Notes: generated by a model not told the origin, from the sequence alone. 64,000 nucleotides of DNA from an uncultured beta proteobacterium (GCA_963713125.1 CAVQKL010000012.1:65628-129627), one strand, 5' to 3'; numbered from the stretch's first letter, positions 25,700 to 35,999 are shown. Made by a program: numbers and translations.

Positions 25700-26259
25700 G
25701 CGCCGCGCAGCCGCAACGGGGCGGACGCTCGGCCGCTGCGTTCCGGCGACCGCGGCCGGTAAGTTCTACAAGCCGAAGATCGCGCGGTGCGACCATCCTC
25801 CCGCCATGAAGAACAGCAGCGGGATCGATAGCGCCGTGTTGGTGCGCGACGCCAGGAAAGCCACGCGGCGCGCCTTGGCCTTTTCCTCGTCGGTCGCAGG
25901 CTTCAGTGCCGAGGATCTTCTGCTGATTCGGCCAGATCAGCGCCCACACGTTGAACAGCATGATGGTGCCGAGCCACGCGCCGACGCCGATGCCGGCCAT
26001 GCCGTGGCGCAGCGTGAACGCGTTGCCGAACTGATTGCCGAGCAGCGCGGCGCCGGCAAGCCAGGTCACGACCGCCGACCAGCGGAAGAACAACAGCGCG
26101 CGCGGCGCGACGTGCTTGGCTGATGCCGGCGCTGGTGCCGTCGGCGGTGGCGGCTTTCATCGCCGCGACCTGGACGAAGTTGAAGTAGTACAGCAGGCCG
26201 ATCCACATGACGCCGGCCATGAAATGCAGCCATCTTGCGAGTGCGGGAACGATATCCAT
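25700..26259 (-). CDS. Polytopic membrane protein with a HemJ/PuuD/CopD-like N-terminal helical core. Function unknown. Frame-disrupted.
   Basis: MDIVPALARWLHFMAGVMWIGLLYYFNFVQVAAMKAATADGT... then ...ALLFFRWSAVVTWLAGAALLGNQFGNAFTLRHGMAGIGVGAWLGTIMLFNVWALIWPNQQKILG. The W-x-H...W-I-G-L-x-Y-F motif resembles the UPF0093/HemJ and PuuD N-terminal families. Assignment is tentative and the 3' end is not resolved. Confidence 0.45.
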
Positions 26260-26272
26260 GATCGCCTCCGCC

Positions 26273-26368
26273 TCAGAGTGGAATGCTTTTGACGACGTAA
26301 TACAGGATTGCGGTCAGGACCAGCCCGCAAATGATCGTGCCCCACAGCGAATCGAGCGGATTTTTCAT
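26273..26368 (-). CDS. Small ORF of 31 aa with a single predicted TM helix, not in the ORF track. Translationally coupled to the downstream membrane protein.
   Basis: Reverse strand: GGGAGAaacacgATG AAA AAT CCG CTC GAT TCG CTG TGG GGC ACG ATC ATT TGC GGG CTG GTC CTG ACC GCA ATC CTG TAT TAC GTC GTC AAA AGC ATT CCA CTC TGA = MKNPLDSLWGTIICGLVLTAILYYVVKSIPL. It has its own SD. Thirteen nt downstream is GGAGG + ATG of the MDIVPAL... gene. Confidence 0.4.
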   Translation of the reverse strand: MKNPLDSLWGTIICGLVLTAILYYVVKSIPL

Positions 26369-26605
26369 CGTGTTTCTCCCAGGATGTGGCCGGCCCGCCG
26401 GCGGTGAACCGGAGCGGCGGTCGGCCGGTGCGGAAACTTTAGCGCGTCGAAGCTGTCGTCTACGATTGTAGCAAGCAGCAGCGGATCAGGCCATCTTGAT
26501 CCGGCAGGCCGGCGGCCGGCGATGGGAGAGGCCGAAGGGCCCTCGCCGTGGTGCGCGGTGGGCCTCCTGTCCAAATTCCGACTCTCTTCGAAAGGGGATC
26601 TCTCA

Positions 26606-27248
26606 TGGCACGACCCTTCACACTTCCGCCATTGCCGTACGCCGAAGACGCGCTGTCGCCGGTGATTTCGTCGCAGACGATCGGCTTTCACCACGGCAAG
26701 CATCACAAGACCTACGTCGAGACGCTGAACAAGCTCGATCGCCGGCACCGAATTCGAGGGGCAGCCGCTCGAGGCGATCATCGCGGCGACCGCCGGCAAG
26801 ACCGAGCTCGACGGCGATATTCAACAACGCCGCGCAAAACTGGAACCACACGTTCTACTGGCAGTGCATGAAGCCGAAAGGCGGCGGCAAGCCGCAGGGC
26901 GCCATGGCCGCCAGGATCGACGCGGCCTTCGGCAGCTACGACGATTTCAAGAAGGCCTTCGCCGAAGCCGGCGGTCACGCAATTCGGCAGCGGCTGGGCA
27001 TGGCTGGTCGTCGAGAACGACGCGCTCAAGGTCGTCAAGACCGGCAACGCCGAAGTCCCGTTCACCAAGGGGCAGACGCCGCTGCTGACGATCGATGTCT
27101 GGGAGCACGCCTACTACCTCGACTACCAGAATCGGCGCGCCGATCACGTCAACGCGGTGATCGACAAGCTGCTCAATTGGCAGTTCGCCGCCGACAATCT
27201 CGCCAACGTCGGCGCCATCAAGGGAGCACAGCCCGCGATGGCCCGCTG
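26606..27248 (+). CDS. sodB: Fe/Mn superoxide dismutase, frame-disrupted
   Basis: [44 protein letters not shown]...[47 protein letters not shown]...[38 protein letters not shown]. Metal ligands H, H, D, H are present across the frames. Confidence 0.85.
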
Positions 27249-27357
27249 ATCCCGTGGCGCGCGCCACGCCGTCGCCGCCGAGCCGCCCGCTTGTTGGCGG
27301 GTGGCGATCGGCCCATAATCGGAGCCTTTCGGCTCACCGGCGCACGACCCGGACTGC

Positions 27358-28690
27358 GATGGCGTTCAACCTGTTTCCCAAATCCCCGGTCAAGGGCAAG
27401 CCGCCGACGCGCAAGCCGCGACCCGACGCCGGCAGCGCGCGGCTCCGATGCGCGCTCGCCGCCGGGGTCGGCGCGCGAGCTCGCGGCGACGATGAAGGTG
27501 CGGCCGCCGGCGCCGGCGACGCGGCGAGCCGCGACGCCGCTGCGGCCGAACAGCGAGCGCGAGATCACCGTCACCGGGCCGCCGAGCCTGATCGAATGGA
27601 CGCCGGGGCTCAATCAGAAGATCCAGGTCGCCGAAGCCAATCCGGGCCTGTGCGCCGTGCTCGAGAATGCCGCGCTGTTGTACGCCAACGGTCAGGCGCC
27701 GCATGCGCGCGCTGGTGCTCGAGGACGGCATCGCCAACGACGCCGATGCGAAGGTCTCGCCGCTCGCCTGGCTCGCATTGTTCGATCTGCTGCAGCGCGC
27801 GGGCGACCACGCCGCCTACGATCAGCTGTCGCTGCAGTATGTGGTCGCGTTCGAGCGTTCCGCGCCGTCGCGCGAGGAGCTCGGGACCCAGTCGCGCCAG
27901 GGCGCGCGTCCGGTGGCGGCGGGTTACGTCGGCCTGACCGGCAAGCTCAACGCCGGGCACGCGCCGCAGATCGCCAACCTGCTCGCGGCGTCGCAAAAGC
28001 AGCCGCAGCTCCGTCTCGATCTCGGCTCGCTCACCGGCGCCGACGACGCCGGCGCGAAGCTGCTGGCCGATGCGCTGGCGCAATTGCGCAAGCGCCAGCT
28101 ATCCGCTGGCGCTGCAGCATCCGGAGAAGATCCGCAACGCGCTCGAGCATTCGGTCGCGCAGGGCCGCGCCGCCGGAGAAGGCTACTGGATACTGCTGCT
28201 CGAATTGCTGCAATGGCAGAACGATCACAAGGTGTTCGAGGATCGCGCGGTCGAATTCGCCGTCGCGTTCGAAGTGTCGCCGCCGTCGTGGGAGCCGCCG
28301 CCCTCGATCGCTGCCGGCGGACGCCGGCCGGCGATGCGCCGCTGCCGTCCGACGCGGCTGCCGGACAATCCGGAAATGCTCGTCTGGCAGGGAACGCTGA
28401 CTGGGCTCGTCGGATCCGCAGCTCGCCAAGCTCGCGACGTTCGGCGAAGGGCGGCATGCGATACCGATCGACATGGGCGGAATCGACCGCATCGATTTCG
28501 TCTGCGCGGGCGCGCTTTTCAACGCCATCAGCCGCGCCGAATCGCAGCGCAAGTCGGTTCAGATCGTCGGTGCATCGCCGATCATCCGGGCGCTGCTGCT
28601 GCTGATCGGCATCTCGCCGCGGCATTTCATCAAGAAGGCGAACGTAAGCCGCCGGTTCTCGACGGCGCGTGCCGCGCCGGCGCGCGATCC
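27358..28690 (+). CDS. Hypothetical protein with two tandem [helical motif + STAS (anti-sigma-factor-antagonist-like)] units, frame-disrupted
   Basis: N-terminus [26 protein letters not shown]...[44 protein letters not shown]. Unit 1: [33 protein letters not shown]...[58 protein letters not shown]. Unit 2: [33 protein letters not shown]...[10 protein letters not shown]...[57 protein letters not shown]. The STAS assignment comes from the L-x-L-D-L-S-x-V/L-T-x-D-x-x-G pattern. Exact frames and end are uncertain. Confidence 0.5.
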
Positions 28691-28737
28691 GCCGCGCACG
28701 CGCTGGCCGCGACCGCTCCCAGCGCGCAGCGTTCCAC

Positions 28738-29277
28738 GATGGATCATCTTTCACGGCACGACGATTCTTTCCGTTCGCCGCGGCGCAAAGGTCGCGCTCG
28801 GCGGCGACGGCCAGGTCACGCTGGGCAACGTGGTCATCAAGGCGACCGCGCGCAAGGTTCGTCGCATCTACAACGATCGTGTGCTCGCCGGTTTTGCGGG
28901 CGCAACGGCCGACGCGTTCACGCTGTTCGAGCGCTTCGAGGCCAAGCTCGAAAAGCACCAGGGACAGCTGCAGCGCGCGGCCGTCGAGCTGGCGAAGGAC
29001 TGGCGCTCGGATCGCATCCTGCGCCGGCTCGAAGCGATGCTGGCGGTGGCCGACGCGACCTCGTCGCTGGTGATCACCGGCACCGGCGACGTGCTCGAGC
29101 CCGAGTACGGCATCGTCGCGATCGGCTCCGGCGGCGCGTACGCGCAAGCCGCGGCGCGCGCCCTGCTCGAGCACACCGAGCTGGCCTGCCGACGACATCG
29201 TCAAGCAGGCGCTGACGATCGCCGGCGACATCTGCATCTACACCAACCAGAATCACGTGATCGAGGTGCTCGGGTGA
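28738..29277 (+). CDS. hslV: ATP-dependent protease subunit HslV (threonine peptidase), start-proximal frameshift
   Basis: ..[147 protein letters not shown]...[15 protein letters not shown]. The stop overlaps the GTG start of the next gene. There is no hslU downstream. Confidence 0.9.
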
Positions 29278-30480
29278 GCGGCGGAGCGCCGGCGTCGCGC
29301 GACGTCGATCATCATCGGCGCGGGCCTGGTCGGCCTCGCGCTCGCGGCGGCACTGGCGCGCGCCGGCTTGAGCGTCAGCGATCGCCGATCGCGGCAGCGT
29401 CGCCGCGTCGGGCGCCGCGCGAGATCGACGGCGACGACTGGGATCAGCGGGTCTATGCGATCAGTCCCGGCAGCGCCTCGTTCCTGCACAGCCTCGGCGC
29501 GTGGCAGCTGCTGCCCGTCGAGCGCATCGCGCCGATCGAAGCGATGGACGTGCGCGGCGATGCCGGCGGGCGGATCGAATTCTCCGCCTATGAGCTGGGC
29601 GAGCGCGCGCTGGCATGGATCGTCGAGAATCGCGCGCTCAATGCCGCGCTGGTGCAGGCGGCGCGCGGCATGCCGGGACTCGACATCGTCGCACCTGTGC
29701 GCCCGCGGTCGATCGCCTGGCGCGCCGGCGCTGCCGAATTGCGGCTGGACGACGGGCGGGCGATCTCGGCGCCGGCTGATCGTCGGCGCCGACGGCGTGC
29801 GTTCGTGGACGCGGGAGCAGGCCGGCATCCATGGTGTCCCGCGCGCGTACGGCCAGTCCGGCGTCGTCGCCAACTTCGACACCGAGCGCGCGCATCGCGG
29901 CCGCGCGTTGCAGTGGTTTCTTCGCCGACGGCGGCGTGCTGGCGTGGCTGCCGTTGCCGGGCAGGCGCATCTCGATCGTCTGGTCGGCGCCGTCGGGCCT
30001 TGCCGCCGAGCTGATGGCGCTGGACGCGGCGGAGCTCGCCGCGCGCGTTGCCGACGCCGGCGGCCACGAACTTGGCGCGCTGAACGCGATCACGCCGGCG
30101 GCGGCGTTCGAGCTTTCGTTCCTGCAAATTGCCTTCGGTCATCGGCGAGAGGCTCGCGCTGGTCGGCGATGCCGCCCACGGCGTGCATCCGCTCGCGGGC
30201 CAGGGCGTCAATCTCGGCTTCGGCGACGCGGCGGCGCTCGCGGCAGTACTCGGCTGCGCGCGGCGCCGTTGACCGACGCCGGCGCCGCGATCCTGCTCGA
30301 GCGCTACGCGCGCCGCCGCGCGGGTCCGGTGCTCGCGATGCAGGCAGTCACCGACGGGCTGGTCCGGCTGTTCGACGTGCGCGCGCCGTGGCTGCGCGTG
30401 CTGCGCAACCGCGGGCATGCGGGCGGTCGATGCGGTCGGCGCCGCTGAAGAGGCTGCTGGCGCAGCCTGCGCTGCGGTAG
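29274..30480 (+). CDS. UbiH/UbiF/VisC/COQ6-family FAD-dependent monooxygenase (ubiquinone biosynthesis hydroxylase), frame-disrupted
   Basis: [35 protein letters not shown] (GxGxxG)...[40 protein letters not shown]...[19 protein letters not shown]...[32 protein letters not shown]...[15 protein letters not shown]. Confidence 0.8.
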
Positions 30481-30507
30481 ACTGTCGACCGGCCAAAGGA
30501 GCAAGCG

Positions 30508-31303
30508 ATGCGATTTTTCAGAGTCTCCTGGCACGATCGCGGCCTGCGCGCTGCTGGGCGCGCTCTTCCGCGTCCGCGCAGACGCAGGATGCGCGCCGCG
30601 CCAGGCGACGCCTACCGCGCCCGAGCTCGCCGCCGTCAAGCAGCTGATCGAGGCCAAGTTTCCCGGCGCCGCGGTCACCAATGTCGCACGCTCGCCGTAC
30701 TTCGGACTGTACGAGGCGCAGTTCGACGATCGGATGATCTACACCGACGCGAAGGTCAGCTACGTCGTGGTCGGCTCGATCTTCGATGCCGATACCAAGC
30801 AGAATCTGACCGATGCGCGGCTGCGCCAGCTGAACCGCGTCGCCTGGGATCAGCTTCCGCTCGATCTCGCGATCAAGAAGGTCAAGGGCAACGGCGCGCG
30901 CAAGCTGGCGATCTTCTCCGACGCCGATTGCCCGTACTGCAAGCGGCTCGAATCGGAGATGAAGACGCTCGACAACGTGACGATCTACACGTTCCTGTTC
31001 CCGATCCCTCAGCTGCATCCCGATTCGGCGCGCAAGTCGGCGCTGATCTGGTGCGCGCCGGACCGGGTCAAGGCCTGGGACGAGTGGTTCGCGTCGGGCA
31101 AGCTGCCGAACAACAAGGGCGACTGCGCGACGCCGATCGCGAAGACCGCGCAGCTCGGCCAGAAGTACCGCGTCAGCGCGACGCCGACGCTGGTGTTCGC
31201 CGACGGGACGATGGTGCCGGGCGCACTGCCGCTGGACCGGCTCGAGGCCGAGCTCAAGCAGGCCGAGGCGGCGGCGAAGAAACAGGCGACAACGAAGCCA
31301 TAG
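30508..31303 (+). CDS. dsbC: Thiol:disulfide interchange protein DsbC/DsbG family, N-terminal frameshifts
   Basis: ...PELAAVKQLIEAKFPGAAVTNVARSPYFGLYEAQFDDRMIYTDAKVSYVVVGSIFDADTKQNLTDARLRQLNRVAWDQLPLDLAIKKVKGNGARKLAIFSDADCPYCKRLESEMKTLDNVTIYTFLFPI...ALIWCAPDRVKAWDEWF...ATPTLVFADGTMVPGALPLDRLEAELKQA. CPYC active site. Confidence 0.75.
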
Positions 31304-31331
31304 CGGCCGCGAGCAGCGAACGGGAGACGAC

Positions 31332-32406
31332 ATGGCGCTGATGGATTTCATCAAGAAACAGTTCATCGACATCATCGAATGGACCGACGATTCGCGCGAC
31401 ACGCTGTCGTACCGCTTTCCCGACGAGGACAAGGAAATCAAGCGCGGCGCGCAGCTGATCGTGCGCGAATCGCAGATCGCGCAGTTCATCTATCTCGGCC
31501 AGTTCGGCGACACCTTCGGCCCGGGCAAGTATGCGTTGACCACCGACAACATCCCGGTTCTGAGCGATCTCAAGGGATGGAAGTACGGCTTCGAGTCGCC
31601 GTTCAAGGCCGACGTCTACTATGTCGTCACGCGCCTGTTCACCGGCAACAAGTGGGGCACGGCCAATCCGGTGATGATGCGCGACCAGGATTTCGGCATC
31701 GTCCGCCTGCGCGCCTTCGGCATCTACGATTTCCACATCATCGATCCGAAGCTGTTCCTGAAGGAAGTCGCCGGCACCGACGATCATTTCCGCCTCGACG
31801 AATTCAACGACACGATGCGCTCGCGCATCGTCAGCGTCTTCTCCGAGGCGCTCGCGCAGTCGAAGATTCCCGCGCTCGACGTCGCGGCGCGCTATGGCGA
31901 GCTCGGCAACGCGCTGCTGCCGCTGATCAATCCGCAGACGACGGCCAAGTACGGTCTCGAGATCACCAGCTTCGTCGTCGAAAACGTTTCGGTGCCGCCG
32001 GAAGTCGAGCAGGCGATCGACAAGCGCTCGAGCATGGCCGCGGTCGGCAACCTGAACGACTACGTCAAGTTCCAGATGGCGCAGGGGCTCGAGAAGGGCA
32101 ATGGCGGCCCGGGCGGCATGGCGGCCGAAATGGCGGTGGGCATGGCGATGGCGCAGCAGATGATGAACCAGTCGGGCGGCATCATGGGTCCGCAGACGAC
32201 GCCGGGCGTCGCCGACCGGCGCGGCCGCGTCACGGGCACCGCCGACGCGCCGCAATTGCTGACGCCGGCGCAGGTCGCGCAGCTCCTCGGCGTCGCCGAA
32301 TCCGACGTGCATGGCCAGCCTCGAAAAGGGCGATCTGAAGGGCAAGCAGATCGGCACGCAATGGCGCGTCACGCGGGCCGCGGTCGATCAGTTCCTGCAT
32401 TCCTGA
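31332..32406 (+). CDS. SPFH/band-7 superfamily protein (PF13421-like, 'virion core protein'-type) with a C-terminal excisionase/MerR-like helix-turn-helix. One frameshift before the HTH.
   Basis: MALMDFIKKQFIDIIEWTDDSRDTLSYRFPDEDKEIKRGAQLIVRESQIAQFIYLGQFGDTFGPGKYALTTDNIPVLSDLKGWKYGFESPFKADVYYVVTRLFTGNKWGTANPVMMRDQDFGIVRLRAFGIYDFHI...LNDYVKFQMAQGLEKG... then LLTPAQVAQLLGVAESDV.MASLEKGDLKGKQIGTQWRVTRAAVDQFLHS* (HTH_17-like). Confidence 0.65.
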
Positions 32407-32439
32407 TCACAACCGAGACGAGGCGAGGATCCGATGGCA

Positions 32440-32895
32440 GCGACCCGGCGATGAGGTGCGCGCTCTGGCGCGCGATGTTGGCGCTCGGCGTCGGTTTGCT
32501 CTGCGCCGGCCATGCTGGCGGCGCAGGATCCGCGGCAGAGCCTCGTGCAGGAGACGGCGCGGGCGTGGCTGGCGATGACCGACCGCGGCGATGCGGCGCA
32601 GAGCTGGAAGAGCGCCGGCAAGCAGTTCCGCAATGCGATCACCGCCGAGCGATGGGCGCGAGTCGCTGAAGCAGGTGCGCCCGCCGCTGGGCGCGACGAT
32701 CGCAGCGCGCGCATGCTGTCGACGCAATTCCGAAAGAGCATTCCCGGCGCACCCGACGGCGAATATGCGCTCGTCGTCTTTCGCACCACGTTCGCGAACA
32801 AGGCCTGGATGCGCGCGAGACGGTGACGCTTCAGCGGGAAGCCGACGGCGCGTGGCGCGTGATCGGATACGATTCGCTGAATCGCTGCCCGTGAC
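32440..32895 (+). CDS. DUF4019-like secreted/periplasmic protein, frame-disrupted. A possible C-terminal extension through 33021.
   Basis: AMLALGVGLLCAGHAGGA (signal-like)...DPRQSLVQETARAWLAMTDRGDAAQSWKSAGKQFRNAITAERWAESLKQVRPPLGATIA...MLSTQFRKSIPGAPDGEYALVVFRTTFANKAWMRETVTLQREADGAWRVIGYDSL. Family call from memory, low certainty. Confidence 0.45.
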
Positions 32896-33069
32896 CGATC
32901 AGCGGCATCGGTGCTGCGCGATGCGCTCGCCGACGGCGGCGAGATCTTCCTGTTCTTCAACGACGCCGAGTTCGCGCTCAAGCTGCCGTTCTGGATCGGC
33001 GAAGGCGTATGTGGCTGGTGAGCCGGCCATTCGCCCATGGCTGACGCGCGCCGCCGGCGCCCGGCCGCG

Positions 33070-34171
33070 ATGCGCCGGAGGAGATTGCGCGGCAGAAATT
33101 CGCCTGCCCGGCCTGCGGCGCCGAGGCGGTCTGGAATCCTGCGCAAGCAGGCGCTGGTCTGTCCGTTCTGCGGGACGACCTCGCCGGCGAAGATCGATGC
33201 GAGCGGCGGCGATCGTCGAGCACGATCTGGTCACGGCGCTGCGCGGCGATCGGCGACGACAAGCGCGGCTGGCAAATCGAGAAGCGCTACGTCAAGTGCC
33301 GAGCTGCCAGGCGATATCGGTGCTGGACGCGAGCCGGCAGGCGCAGCGCTGCGAATTCTGCGGCTCGGCGCAACTCGTTCCCTACGAGCAGGTCAAGGAC
33401 GCGTTTCGTCCCGAGAGCCTGCTGCCGTTCACGATCAGCGAAGACACGGCGCGCGACGGCATCCGCGCCTGGTACGGCAGGCTGTGGCTCGCGCCGAACG
33501 CGCTCAAGCGCGGCGCGCTGACCGACACCGTCAAGGGCGTCTATCTGCCGTACTGGACCTTCGACGCCAAGGCCGATGCCTCGTGGACCGCCGAGGCCGG
33601 CCATTACTACTACACGACCGAAACCTACAGCCGACGGCAGCGGGCGCACGCAGACGCGCCAGGTGCGGCAGGTTCGCTGGGAGCCGGCGGCCGGGCGCCT
33701 GCAGCACGTTTTCGACGACGACCTGGTCTGCGCCTCGGTCGGCGTCCATCCCGCGCTGTTGCGCGGCGTCGAGCCGTTTCCGACCGGCGAGCTCAAGCCC
33801 TACGACGCGGCGTACGTCGCCGGCTGGGTGGTCGAGCGCTACCAGATCGATCTGGTCAGCGCCGCCAAGGCGGCGCGCGACGCGATGGACGCCGAGCTGC
33901 GGCAGCTCTGCGCCGCGCAGGTTCCCGGCGACACTTATCGCAATCTCGACGTGCGCGCCGATTATTCGGGCCAGACCTTCAAGCACATCCTCGCGCCGAT
34001 CTGGCTGCTGACCTACAATTTCGGATCGCGAACCTTCCAGGCGGTCATGAACGGCGTCACCGGCGCGATCCAGCGGCGAGTATCCGAAGAGCTGGGTGAA
34101 GCTCACGCTGCTGGGCATCGCGATCCTGATCGCGGTGCATCATCGTGCTGTCGCTCGGCAGCCATCGCTGA
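33070..34171 (+). CDS. Double zinc-ribbon protein (4 CxxC pairs) with a roughly 250-aa central domain and a C-terminal transmembrane anchor. Function unknown. Frame-disrupted.
   Basis: M(R)PEEIARQKFACPACGAEAVWNPAKQALVCPFCGTTSPAKIDASGG..VEHDLVTALRG..DDKRGWQIEKRYVKCQSCQAISVLDASRQAQRCEFCGSAQLVPYEQVKDAFRPESLLPFTISEDTARDGIRAWYGRLWLAPNALKRGALTDTVKGVYLPYWTFDAKADASWTAEAGHYYYTTETY...VRWEPAAGRLQHVFDDDLVCASVGVHPALLRGVEPFPTGELKPYDAAYVAGWVVERYQIDLVSAAKAARDAMDAELRQLCAAQVPGDTYRNLDVRADYSGQTFKHILAPIWLLTYNFGSRTFQAVMNGVTGAIQGEYPKSWVKLTLLGIAILIAVIIVLSLGSHR*. Confidence 0.55.
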
Positions 34172-34226
34172 CGATGCCGGGGTCGCTGCGCCGATGATCG
34201 ATACGGCATTTCCGCGGACGACGCGC

Positions 34227-34960
34227 ATGAAGGCGGCGATCGTCACCGGCGTGTCACGCGGCCTGGGCGAATCGCTCGCCGCGGAGCTGCTCGCACGCGG
34301 GTTCGCGGTGACCGGCATCGGCCGCGCCAGCGCCGATCGCCTGCGCGGCGCGCATTACACGCTTCGCGCCATGCGACCTCGCCGACGTGGTGGCGATCGA
34401 GCCGGCGCTCGCGCCGGTGTTCCGCGCGATCGCCGCGGCGCGTCCGCGAATCGGTTTGCCTGATCAACAATGCCGCGGCCGCGGGGCCGGTAGGCATGCT
34501 GGGCACGCTCGACGATGCCGGCGTTGCCGAAGCGCTGGCGGTGAATCTCGTCGCGCCCGTCGCGCTCGCCAATCTGTTTCTGCCGCGTCTTTGCCGGCGG
34601 CGCCGGCGCAATGCCTGCTGATCAATGTTTCGTCCGGGCCTGGCCGAGCGGGCGCTTCCCGGCAGCGGGCCGTACTCGATCGCCAAGGCGGGCCTGGAAA
34701 TGCTGACCCGGCAGCTCGTCGCCGACCAGCAGGCGCCGGGTTTCCGCGCTATCTCGGTGCGGCCCGGCATCATCGACACCGGCATGCAGGCATTCATGCG
34801 CTCGCGGCCGCGCGAGGCATTCGCCAGTGTCGACATGTTCAAGGGATTTCATGCGTCGGGACAGCTGGTCCCGCCGGACGTCGTCGCGGCCAAGATCGTC
34901 GACAGACTGGTGCTCGGCGAAGTCGAGAACGGACGTTGCTACAGCTACAAGGAGCTGTAG
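34227..34960 (+). CDS. SDR-family short-chain dehydrogenase, frame-disrupted
   Basis: MKAAIVTGVSRGLGESLAAELLARGFAVTGIGR...LINNAAAAGPVGMLGTLDDAGVAEALAVNLVAPVALANLFLP...NVSSGLAERALPGSGPYSIAKAGLEMLTRQLVADQQAPGFRAISVRPGIIDTGMQAFMRS...VDRLVLGEVENGRCYSYKEL. Confidence 0.75.
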
Positions 34961-34999
34961 CGCGCCGCGCGGTCGCGGTCGAACCCGCGCGCAGAACGC

Positions 35000-35390
35000 T
35001 TAGTGCCGAAGCCTTGCGACGCGGTAGTCGAGCGCGCTGCCGCCGGCGCCGGCTTCCCACATCAGGCAGTAGGTCTGATCGCGATCGGCGACGAATTCGC
35101 CGGATTCGCCCTGCGTGCGCGCGGCGGAGATCGGCTCGATCACCGCATTGCCGTCGTGAAAATGGATGTTGAACGCCACCGGCACCGCCGCCCTGAACAG
35201 GTAGCCGATGCGCTGCGCCCGCCTGCAGCTGCGACGCATTCCTCGTACACGCCATAGGGCGAAATCTCGAGGCCGACGACGACCTTCGGCGCCTCCAGGC
35301 GATCGGGCGCCGATCGCGCAGGCCGCGATGCCGAGCGCCGCGGCCAGCGCGAACGGCAACGAGCCCTGTCCGCGAGCGATCACCGACCGC
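35000..35390 (-). CDS. Hypothetical small lipoprotein of about 125 aa
   Basis: ...[23 protein letters not shown] (lipobox LGIAAC)...[69 protein letters not shown]. No family recognised. Start and internal frame are uncertain. Confidence 0.35.
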
Positions 35391-35965
35391 TCCGGCGCAG
35401 GCGGCGCCAGTCCTCGGCCAGCATCGCCCAGCGCTCGTGATCGCGCCAGCGGCCCGCGATCTTGACGTAGCGGCGCGAAAAGCCTTCGCGCGTGAATCCC
35501 GCGCGCCGCACCAGAGACACCGAGCGGCCGATTGGTCGGCTGCACGTTGGCCTCGACTCGATGCAGCCTGAGCTTGCCGAACGCGAGCGCCAGAGCAAGG
35601 TTCAGGCCTTCGGACATGTAGCCCTGCCCGGCATGCGGAGCGAATGCGTAGTAGCCCAGGTAGCTGCTCTCGAATGCGCCGCGGACGATCTCGCTGAAGT
35701 TGAAAACGCCGATCAGCGCATCGTCGTCGAGCTTGCACACGACGACGCCGACGTGCGTGGCGCTGCGCGCATTGCGCGACTTCGGCCCGGCGAAACGGCG
35801 CAGGTACGCGGCGAAGCTCGCCTTGGTCGTCGGCGCCTGCACCCAGCCCCGATGCAAGCGCTCGGAGAGCCGCGCGCCGGCGATGAATGCCGCGGCGTCG
35901 CGCGGCACCGGCCGACGCAGGTACACTCGCGGCCCGACGGCAAGCGCATGCTTCGGGGCTGGCAT
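35380..35965 (-). CDS. GNAT-family N-acetyltransferase (RimJ/RimL-like), one frameshift
   Basis: [61 protein letters not shown]...[77 protein letters not shown]...[39 protein letters not shown]. Confidence 0.75.
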
Positions 35966-35999
35966 AATGCGCATCTTACCGCGAGGGTGTGCGCTGGCA

